From the NCBI GenBank assembly GCA_964549355.1, contig CAZJUS010000018.1:1-16873 (forward strand): a stretch of 16,873 nucleotides of DNA, read 5' to 3'. The DNA is from Candidatus Undinarchaeota archaeon (GTDB taxonomy: Archaea; SpSt-1190). Made by a program: the position numbers and the translations under genes. The notes beneath the pieces are model-generated. The model was not told the origin of the DNA and ran no database searches. It saw only the letters and a list, made by a program, of their open reading frames with translations. How positions within the stretch are numbered: position 1 is the stretch's first letter; each line of letters begins with the position of its first letter. This document shows positions 1 through 6,432 of the stretch, piece by piece.

Positions 1-1
1 A

Positions 2-2251
2 GCCTAGTTCGCGCAGTTTTTCAATACTGGTTCCAATCTCTTTAGGTTTGAAATGAGTCAAAGGCATATCTGTTGAGTCAACACGTATGGTCCCGTCTTT
101 GTTGACTGTGAGCTCATATTTGCATCTCAAAACACCCTTCTCAAGTTTTTCAGGAATTTTGGTGTTGGAGCTGATGCCTCTTACGCCCTTCAGGACAGGA
201 GGCACCACGACCCCCATTCTTTGGCAGATTTCTTCCAAGTTTTCTTTGAGGAATATGGATTCATATGCCCTTGTCGGCAGGCCACAATGAACCTTCTGGT
301 CTGTTGTGGCTCCGCATCTGATACATTTGTACTTTTGTACTGTTTCCACATTGCAGACAGGGCACATCAAATAGTAAGTCCTCCTCTCGCATTTCGGACA
401 AACCCTGAATGCAAGGTCTGCGAGAGTCCTTCCATTGAGGGCTTCAACGATATTCCTAAGCCTGCTGATTCTCCCGGAAGGAAAAAGTGAATGGGGGCTG
501 CCCTTCATTGCCCGCTTCTCTGCTTTTTCAGGCCGGCCCATTCTCGCCCCAATCCATTTGCCTGCCTTCTTTTGAATTTTAACAGGCGACAGCAAATTCA
601 CAAGATCAATTGCTGTTTCCGGCATTTCACTGGGGAGCTCGCCGGATAAAACTAAACGAATAATTTTTTCATCATTTTCACCCACAACAACCGCACCCTC
701 CTTTACCTGGTGCTCGACCCCCAAATTTTCAAGTATGTCCTTCACAGATTTCCAGTCCACTGCTTCCTTATTGGAGCCGAGCGCATCTTTCAGCCTTTTC
801 ACATCATCAATACTCAAGCTTTCCCAATAGAAGCTGTAATCGGGATGGAGGGGGATGCTGAATTTTTTGCTGATTTGTATTGCCTCGTCAAGGGCCACTT
901 TCATTTCGCTCCATTCCGGGTCGTGGGCCTGGACTTCCTTAAGCCACCATTCCCTCACCCATGCTGAGGGCTTTAGAGCCTTCCCGTTGGTCAGGAACTC
1001 GCCGTATGAAATTAAGATGTCCCCTAAATAGAGAATTTTGTCCACTCGGTCGACCAGAAGTTTGGCCTGCTCAACAGTATTGACCTTTACTACATCGCCG
1101 TTCTTGAGCCGGACGATGGGGCCTTCAATTGAATCAACAGGAGCTACAGCTCCTGCCTTTCCAGGTATCCCCATCTTCAGCTGGGCTCCCATTGCCAGGA
1201 AGCTGTCTGAAATTACAATAGTCGCGGGATGGACGCCGACGCTGGCAAATCCAGTGTTCCTGGCCCTTCCGTACACCAGCCGGAAGCCTCCGATTCTATC
1301 AGGATATCCAAAAACCGGCCGTCCGCCCGGAATCTCCGCAAGATAGACCGCGCCTGAACTCCCTTTCTTTGATTGGTTTTTTTTGTATTCAATCAAAGTT
1401 TTCAGCCATTTCCAATTTTCAAGGTTGTACTTTTTGTCCCATTTTTTCAGCCTCTTCAGGATTTTCGGCGCTTTGAGGGCGAGCATGCTCAAAGTAAGGA
1501 CCATGCCACCGCGGATGGCGTTGGTCTCCACCCTTTCAAGGTCTTTGAATGCAAGGACCTCCAGCTTCTCAGTTGATTCGCCTGTCACTTCAACCGGCAT
1601 GTGGTTCACAATTTCAAGAAGCTCCTGTTTCGACGGGAAATACTGCAGACGGGTTATCCGTTTGTGGTAATCTTCGACTTCCAGATAATACCGCTCAGCT
1701 TCGTTATTGGTGGGGTCGTACTCCTGCAGGCCGAATTTTTTGCGCATGAAATCCCCCAGCAAAACAATCATGGCATTGGTGGTGCCTCCAGCACTCCGGA
1801 TTGGCCCTGCAAAGTAAAGGGCAAGATACCTGCCCCCGTCTTTTCTTTTTTTAATTTTGACATGGGTCAGCCCCTCAAGAGGGGCGGTTACAATGCCGAG
1901 CGTCCAGTAAGCAATGCCTGCCCGCATCCCCGCTTCGATGGCCTGCTCCTCGCTCTCAAAATCACAGAATTTTTTTTCTGCCACTTCATTCGCAATAATC
2001 AAGCCAATTTCCTCATTTCCTTTTCCATACTCTGCCTCCAATTCTTCAATGCGCTCCTTCAGGCCGGAGCCGATAAGGGAAGGCACAAGCATGCCGACCA
2101 AGCCCTCGACTCTGCCCGCGACCCCCTTTGCCAGAAAAATCTCAACTTCTTTTGAAGGGTCGAGCCCCATGCTTCGGGCGCGTTTTGCAATAAGGTATGC
2201 TTCATTCACTCGCTTTTCCAAATCATCTTGATATTGATGGGGCTCCACCAA
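2..2251 (-). CDS. polC: DNA polymerase II (PolD) large subunit DP2, N-terminal ~750 aa, runs off the window edge
   Basis: Absent from the ORF track because there is no stop in the window. Hand translation of segments gives ARSMGLDPSKEVEI, TAPLEG, YFAGPIRSAGGT, GGFRLVYGRARNTG, IGARMGRPEKA, the Zn-finger CPKC..CPVC and KDGTIRVDSTDMPLTHFKPKEIG. Both ends are in the same frame. Start is TTG 2251 or GTG 2248, with an in-frame stop upstream at 2279-2281. Confidence 0.97.
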   Translation of the reverse strand, partial: MVEPHQYQDDLEKRVNEAYLIAKRARSMGLDPSKEVEIFLAKGVAGRVEGLVGMLVPSLIGSGLKERIEELEAEYGKGNEEIGLIIANEVAEKKFCDFESEEQAIEAGMRAGIAYWTLGIVTAPLEGLTHVKIKKRKDGGRYLALYFAGPIRSAGGTTNAMIVLLGDFMRKKFGLQEYDPTNNEAERYYLEVEDYHKRITRLQYFPSKQELLEIVNHMPVEVTGESTEKLEVLAFKDLERVETNAIRGGMVLTLSMLALKAPKILKRLKKWDKKYNLENWKWLKTLIEYKKNQSKKGSSGAVYLAEIPGGRPVFGYPDRIGGFRLVYGRARNTGFASVGVHPATIVISDSFLAMGAQLKMGIPGKAGAVAPVDSIEGPIVRLKNGDVVKVNTVEQAKLLVDRVDKILYLGDILISYGEFLTNGKALKPSAWVREWWLKEVQAHDPEWSEMKVALDEAIQISKKFSIPLHPDYSFYWESLSIDDVKRLKDALGSNKEAVDWKSVKDILENLGVEHQVKEGAVVVGENDEKIIRLVLSGELPSEMPETAIDLVNLLSPVKIQKKAGKWIGARMGRPEKAEKRAMKGSPHSLFPSGRISRLRNIVEALNGRTLADLAFRVCPKCERRTYYLMCPVCNVETVQKYKCIRCGATTDQKVHCGLPTRAYESIFLKENLEEICQRMGVVVPPVLKGVRGISSNTKIPEKLEKGVLRCKYELTVNKDGTIRVDSTDMPLTHFKPKEIGTSIEKLRELG

Positions 2252-2269
2252 CTTATCAATAGCAAGTGT

Positions 2270-2277
2270 TAATATTA
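2270..2277. promoter_or_regulatory. Palindromic TATA-like element TAATATTA, candidate bidirectional promoter for polC and truD
   Basis: Centred about 22-25 nt from both polC GTG 2248 and truD GTG 2296, the spacing expected for leaderless archaeal transcripts. Confidence 0.5.
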
Positions 2278-2295
2278 CTTACTTACAAGACGGAT

Positions 2296-3267
2296 GTGGG
2301 AGCTGAAAAGTTTGTAGGAGCAAGCAAGTATCTGAGTGCGGGGATACCTGCAGTTCCATGCATCGTCAGGGGCTTTGAGGTTTTTGAGGTGCCGAAATTT
2401 CTTCCGACTGGGGCCGGCCCCCATGTCTGGAGCCTTGTGGAAAAAACAGGGCTTACCACACCGCAACTGGTGCAAATGGTGGCAGACCAAACCGGCGCGG
2501 ACCAGCGCGACATCGGTTATGCAGGCCTCAAGGACAAGCATGCCCGGACAGTGCAGTGGCTGTCATCGCCCAAGCTGTTCGCTTCCACCTCCCGGTACCG
2601 TGTTATTGTTGCCAAGCCCAGCCGGCGCAAGCTTCGGCCGGGGACCCTCCACGGCAACTGGTTTATAATCACTCTTGAGACCAATGAGCCTCAGAAAGTC
2701 ATTGATGTCATTAAGCTCATTGAGCCTGCAGTCCCCAACCTCTTTGGCCCGCAGCGCTTCGGCAACCGCAGGAACAATCATGAGATCGGCCGTCTGCTTG
2801 TGAACGGAAGGAAGCGCGACGCCCAGAGAAAAATGAAGCATGCCCGAATCCCCCTCACCCGGCGCTTCTACAGGTTCATGGAAGATGCATACCTCAGCTA
2901 CCTCTTCAACCGAATTGTGAATGAACGCATACCTGACGTCAAGCTCCACAGCTACGACATCCCAAGCAGATACGGGCCGACCGCCCCCTTGTTCGGCAGG
3001 AAGACTATGTTTGCAGGAGGAAGGCAGGGGGAGATTGAAAGGGCTGTCCTTGAGGCAGAAGGCATCACACTCTCAAGCTTCAGGTGGGACGGCGGCCGGC
3101 GCCCCATGTTTGTCCCGCTGAAAGGCCTGGAATACCGCGCCACCTCAAACAGCATCAAACTGAAATTTTTCCTGCCCAAGGGCAGTTATGCAACATCAGT
3201 GCTGAGAGAAATTGCTAAAACAAATTTCACTTCACCCTCTCTTTCATCTTTCTGCGGAGTCGCTTGA
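2296..3267 (+). CDS. truD: tRNA pseudouridine(13) synthase TruD (compact, ~323 aa)
   Basis: Motifs GYAGLKDKHARTVQWLS (catalytic Asp), LHGNWF, PNLFGPQRFG and FFLPKGSYATSVLREI. The ORF opens at 2266, but GTG 2296 is preferred because it leaves room for a promoter. Confidence 0.95.
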   Translation: MGAEKFVGASKYLSAGIPAVPCIVRGFEVFEVPKFLPTGAGPHVWSLVEKTGLTTPQLVQMVADQTGADQRDIGYAGLKDKHARTVQWLSSPKLFASTSRYRVIVAKPSRRKLRPGTLHGNWFIITLETNEPQKVIDVIKLIEPAVPNLFGPQRFGNRRNNHEIGRLLVNGRKRDAQRKMKHARIPLTRRFYRFMEDAYLSYLFNRIVNERIPDVKLHSYDIPSRYGPTAPLFGRKTMFAGGRQGEIERAVLEAEGITLSSFRWDGGRRPMFVPLKGLEYRATSNSIKLKFFLPKGSYATSVLREIAKTNFTSPSLSSFCGVA

Positions 3268-3349
3268 GCCTGCGCATCTTTTTTTTACGCCATTTCCATC
3301 TGCTCTTCCTCCCCGAAACCTTTTTCCAAGGGTGCGATGTTTTAACCAC
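3227..3349 (-). CDS. rpl41e: Ribosomal protein eL41 (L41e/eS32), 40 aa
   Basis: GTG 3349 to TGA 3227 gives MVKTSHPWKKVSGRKSRWKWRKKKMRRLKRLRRKMKERVK. This matches the eukaryotic eL41 core ([17 protein letters not shown]) and the archaeal WKK..RWKW N-terminus. TATA-like TTTTATAG at 3376-3369. Confidence 0.9.
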   Translation of the reverse strand: MVKTSHPWKKVSGRKSRWKWRKKKMRRLKRLRRKMKERVK

Positions 3350-3398
3350 ATGGTTTTTTTGGTTAATCCTATAAAAAACTAACGAAAACGCTTAAATC
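3342..3398. promoter_or_regulatory. Back-to-back promoters for eL41 (-) and the small histone (+), plus an inverted repeat
   Basis: Minus-strand TATA at 3376-3369. Plus-strand BRE-like CGAAAA and CTTAAAT at 3391-3397, about 22 nt before ATG 3419. Inverted repeat TTAACCA-N11-TGGTTAA at 3342-3366. Confidence 0.6.
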
Positions 3399-3418
3399 TA
3401 TGTAAGTGCAGTATTTCC

Positions 3419-3589
3419 ATGGCTTACACAAAGAAAGTTGAAGTTAGAAACTTCGCAAAATCAAAGGATATGAGGGTTTCTGGTGATGTTTTCGACGCGC
3501 TTGACGCAGCCATTGAGCTGATGCTCAAGAAGGCCGCTGAAAGATCCAAAGCCAATGGACGAAAGACTATCAAGGCCGTCGACATCTAA
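3419..3589 (+). CDS. Small histone-fold protein with truncated alpha3 (face-to-face/DUF1931-like class), 56 aa
   Basis: MAYTKKVEVRNFAKSKDMRVSGDVFDALDAAIELMLKKAAERSKANGRKTIKAVDI has the RVS loop, a long alpha2 and the RKTIKAxD histone signature, and ends right after the Asp. It has its own TATA and T-rich terminator and falls below the ORF-track cutoff. Confidence 0.9.
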   Translation: MAYTKKVEVRNFAKSKDMRVSGDVFDALDAAIELMLKKAAERSKANGRKTIKAVDI

Positions 3590-3590
3590 A

Positions 3591-3620
3591 CCCTTTTTTC
3601 TTTTCTTTATTTTTTTAAAC
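3591..3620 (+). terminator. Oligo-T terminator of the histone gene, ending in the TATA box (TTTTAAA) of nac
   Basis: CCCTTTTTTCTTTTCTTTATTTTTTTAAAC directly after the stop. ATG 3640 lies about 22 nt further on. Confidence 0.65.
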
Positions 3621-3639
3621 TGCACGACCACTCAGTTCT

Positions 3640-3930
3640 ATGGACATGCGTGCGTTGGCCCGTCAGCTCAAGACGAAGGAAATTCCTGCAAAGCGTGTGA
3701 TTTTTGAAACTGAAGAAGGCAACTGGGTGTTTGACAATCCAAAAGTAATAGAGGCAAATATGATGGGGCAGATTGTCTTTCAGGTTTTTGGAAAATATGC
3801 GATAGACGCAATTAAAAATGAAGATTTGGAGCTCATAATTGAAAAAACGGGCTGTACATTGGAAGAAGCTAAAAAAACCCTCAAAGAAACAAAAGATCTG
3901 GCTGAAGCGATTATCCAGTTAACAAAATAA
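3640..3930 (+). CDS. nac: Archaeal nascent polypeptide-associated complex protein (NAC + UBA-like domains)
   Basis: NAC beta-barrel (AKRVIF..FDNPKV..MMGQ..FQVFG) and C-terminal EDLELIIEKTGCTLEEAKKTL..DLAEAI. Confidence 0.93.
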   Translation: MDMRALARQLKTKEIPAKRVIFETEEGNWVFDNPKVIEANMMGQIVFQVFGKYAIDAIKNEDLELIIEKTGCTLEEAKKTLKETKDLAEAIIQLTK

Positions 3931-4248
3931 TTAAAATGAAAAAGAGTGGATACGCTGTTATTTACTATAAACGGAGCTTTATTTCGTTTTTCCCATGAAC
4001 TACTGTTTTAGGTTTTCCAACAGCAGTCAATACTTCAAATTTCTATGGTTTTGCTTCGGGCACCCTTACCGAATCAAACTAGAGATAACGAACTGAATCT
4101 TACCCCTTAGTTGAGAGGTTTTGAAACCTTTCCACGTTTTCCTACCCTAGCTTCTGTTTTTGCGGGTTTCTCGGCAATTGACCTTCCCAGCAGGCGTGAG
4201 ACTTTGCGGACATTTGCCGGATAATGCGTGTCCAACGAACCGCTTTTT

Positions 4249-4311
4249 TTGATGTTTTTGGACTGGTCTGTTGCCTTTTTTGAATTGTTTGATATTGATG
4301 TCATTTGATAT
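4249..4311 (+). repeat. Cluster A: four co-oriented TTGATRT copies
   Basis: TTGATGT at 4249, TTGATAT at 4289, TTGATGT at 4295 and TTGATAT at 4305. Confidence 0.6.
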
Positions 4312-4752
4312 TTGAGGCAAATGCGATGTACAAGGGGCAGGGTATGTTGTTCCAAAGTCTAGTTGAAGTTTTTAATTATTTTTCATATCACCCTGTCTTA
4401 TTGGAAATATTTTCCATACTTTTGAACCGTTTTTTTAGGCATTTATCCATCTAAACTTATAAAAAATTAAGGATCTTCCGCAAAACTACTTAGGCTTCGA
4501 CTAAACTCACAAAAACACCAAGAATATCCTCCATTTTTAAAATTCGGCGCGGTTTATCTCACAAATATTAAAAATACACACTCTCCTTTTGGTTTGCTGA
4601 CCGCACATCTCTCACATTTATTCATTCCAGGCCCCTTTTCGTTTTCATCCACCGCCATCAACTCTCCCATTTTTTGATTTTTCCCCTGTCGTTTATAAAT
4701 AAACTGTCGAAACGGCATCTGAATCCTGAAATCAACTTTCAAGTGTTAACAT

Positions 4753-4918
4753 CTCAATGGTATCATTGAGGTCATTTAACCCCATTTCATCTTAAATAAT
4801 CTCATTTGAGATTGATGTCTGTTGATTTTTGATGTTAATGAGCTTATTTGACATCAAAAACACCCTTTTTGTGACGTCAATTGATGTCAAGCCATATCAA
4901 AAATCATCAACACATCAA
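4753..4918. repeat. Cluster B: nested palindromes containing six TTGATRT copies
   Basis: Inverted repeats at 4753-4770, 4798-4813, 4826-4860 and 4872-4889. TTGATRT on + at 4812, 4829 and 4881, and on - at 4851, 4894 and 4912. Confidence 0.75.
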
Positions 4919-4959
4919 AACACAGGCCCTTGGGCGGCATGTGAAAACTTTTTGCCGAA

Positions 4960-4990
4960 AATAAAAACTTTTTGATACCGAAGGTATCAA
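4960..4990 (-). terminator. Hairpin plus T-rich tract downstream of tRNA-Gln
   Basis: Perfect 8-bp inverted repeat TTGATACC-GAA-GGTATCAA (4972-4990), 4 nt after the tRNA 3' end, followed on the minus strand by AAAGTTTTTATTTT. Confidence 0.5.
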
Positions 4991-4994
4991 TTAG

Positions 4995-5069
4995 TAGCCC
5001 CAGCCGGATTCGAACCGGCGTCTCGGGATTCAAAGTCCCGAATGCTTGACCAGGCTACACCATGGGGCT
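4995..5069 (-). tRNA. tRNA-Gln (anticodon UUG), no intron, CCA not encoded
   Basis: AGCCCCA/TGGGGCT acceptor stem with the A1-U72 pair typical of archaeal tRNA-Gln. Anticodon arm CGGGA-CTTTGAA-TCCCG (anticodon at 5033-5031). T arm GCCGG-TTCGAAT-CCGGC. Discriminator A. Confidence 0.97.
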
Positions 5070-5300
5070 TCACTGCGTCTTTCTATGGTTTTTTGCCTTT
5101 ATTTTAGCATCGGTTGTCATTTGAGAATATACACTTGCGCACATGACCGGCCGGACAACCTGTGCGGGGTACAGCAATAATGCGGCAAATAACAACAAAA
5201 ACTTATTGTTGAATGCAAAATGTTTTCATCAAAAATTGTGGTTTTGGAAGCCTGCGCCCCTGTTTGAGCCAACCCCATTCCCCCTTCAATTCCCGCAGTT

Positions 5301-5729
5301 TTACGTCGCCGGCGGGCCCTTTTTTTGCGCCTGCCGCCTTTGTTTCGAGAGCAGGGTTTCAAGCTCCTGGGCGACCTCCACCACCCCAGAGAATGCCTGC
5401 TCTATGTCTTTCCGGACGCGGAAGTCCAGAGTGTCTTTCAGGGTCCTTTCCCTGAGCTTGTAGACGGAGCCTTTGGCTTTGTAGATGAGGCCCGCATTTG
5501 CGAAACGCCTTATCCTGGAGTATGTGGCCGTCTGCCCAAGCTTTGCAATCCTCTGGATTTCTTCGACCTTGAGGCCTTCCCTGTGCTCCACCAACGCCAG
5601 GAGTATCTTCACGTCCCTGTCGTCCTTGAGGTTGGACAGGCCGAGCGACTGCAGGATGAAGGCGGCCAGCTGGTCCGGACTGCGGATCCCCGCAAGCGGA
5701 ATTTCCTTGATGTGGATTTCGAATACCAT
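5301..5729 (-). CDS. Winged-HTH transcriptional regulator (ArsR/TrmB-like fold), paralogue A, 142 aa
   Basis: HTH GLKVEEIQRIAKLGQTATYSRIRRFANAGLI plus wing and a C-terminal amphipathic helix. Strong Shine-Dalgarno GGAGGTG 7 nt upstream. Confidence 0.85.
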   Translation of the reverse strand: MVFEIHIKEIPLAGIRSPDQLAAFILQSLGLSNLKDDRDVKILLALVEHREGLKVEEIQRIAKLGQTATYSRIRRFANAGLIYKAKGSVYKLRERTLKDTLDFRVRKDIEQAFSGVVEVAQELETLLSKQRRQAQKKGPPAT

Positions 5730-5912
5730 TTTTCAACACCTCCTAAAATGGGGTTTTTAGGCCGTTTAAGTAGGGTTATTCGGCGCCAAAAATTCCATCG
5801 TTTTTTTGGCCCTTCTCCCTGTTGGTTTTGGCGGAAAATTTCGTGTTTTCTATGAAATTTCACCCCCCTGCCGGCAAACCTCATTTTTTGGTGTAATAGC
5901 GTAAAATTTCCC

Positions 5913-5932
5913 CATATATAAAGATATTTCGC
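5913..5932 (-). promoter_or_regulatory. BRE-TATA promoter, probably for paralogue A with a ~160-nt leader
   Basis: The minus strand reads GCGAAATATC-TTTATATATG, a near-consensus archaeal BRE + TATA. Confidence 0.6.
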
Positions 5933-5994
5933 TGTATGCCAGTGGGGGCCGGTGAAAACCTGCCGGCGGCCCATCATGGTTTGTTGCGGCAAAT

Positions 5995-6026
5995 GCCAAA
6001 GTTTAAGTGTTTCGCCATTTTGCGAA
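5995..6026 (+). promoter_or_regulatory. Promoter and operator-like palindrome for paralogue B
   Basis: GCCAAA-GTTTAAGT about 24 nt before ATG 6031. Inverted repeat TTCGC-N6-GCGAA at 6011-6026, between the TATA and the start. Confidence 0.5.
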
Positions 6027-6030
6027 ATTT

Positions 6031-6429
6031 ATGAGGGAGAAGCCCATCAGCGAAATGACTCTGCGCAAGTACGAGCCTCCCGGCGAGGACTTCAAGGCCA
6101 ATATCCGGCGGTTTCTGCTTGGTCTGGGCCTGGTCCGCCCCGGCGACAAAAACAGTCCAGTAGAAGCCATCCTGTCCACGATTTTGACCTATAACCGCCC
6201 CGTAGCAGTCAGGGAGCTGGTCCAGCTGACCGGCATCAGCGAGTCCGGCGTCCGCTACCACGTCCAGCGCCTGAAAGCCCTGCGCCTGGTCGAGGGGCAC
6301 GGCAGATACCGCATTGCGGAGGGCGACCTCGCGGTTGCTTTCAAAATGCTGCGCAGATATGCGCTGGAGGACATCCTGGACCGTATTTCTGAATATGCTG
6401 AAAAACTTTCCGGCTCCGGCCATGGCTAG
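6031..6429 (+). CDS. Winged-HTH transcriptional regulator, paralogue B, 132 aa
   Basis: HTH VAVRELVQLTGISESGVRYHVQRLKALRLV plus wing. Same architecture as 5301-5729. Start moved from GTG 6007 to ATG 6031 on promoter spacing. Confidence 0.85.
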   Translation: MREKPISEMTLRKYEPPGEDFKANIRRFLLGLGLVRPGDKNSPVEAILSTILTYNRPVAVRELVQLTGISESGVRYHVQRLKALRLVEGHGRYRIAEGDLAVAFKMLRRYALEDILDRISEYAEKLSGSGHG

Positions 6430-6432
6430 CGG

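Noticed and set aside
87..2231. Many + strand ORFs in the track
   Set aside because: Antisense shadows of polC, which the track missed because it has no stop in the window.
4107..4355. 82-aa minus-strand ORF
   Set aside because: TTG start, no recognisable motif, and its composition reflects the repeat/T-tract DNA.
4402..4416. TGGAAA-TAT-TTTCCA as an ORB element
   Set aside because: Half-sites are in the opposite order to canonical ORB (TTCCA-N-TGGAA), there is no G-string and it is a single copy.
4249..4918. CRISPR array
   Set aside because: Repeats are only 7-13 bp, irregularly spaced and partly inverted. No cas genes are present.
3931..5069. Element integrated at tRNA-Gln
   Set aside because: No duplicated tRNA 3' end (att site), integrase or transposase remnant was found in the window.
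4040..5093. TTTCTATGGTTTT repeated at ~4040 and ~5080, bracketing the non-coding block and tRNA
   Set aside because: Low-complexity T-rich match with only two copies. It cannot be distinguished from chance or supported as a target-site duplication.
3931..5300. RNase P or SRP RNA in the intergenic space
   Set aside because: No GAGGAAAGUCC-type P4 motif or SRP helix-8 motif was seen, and the region is too AT-rich.
5117..5463. Arg-rich 81-aa ORF and overlapping + ORFs
   Set aside because: Out-of-frame or antisense overlap with the wHTH gene. The basic stretch does not match a known ribosomal protein, unlike 3227-3349.
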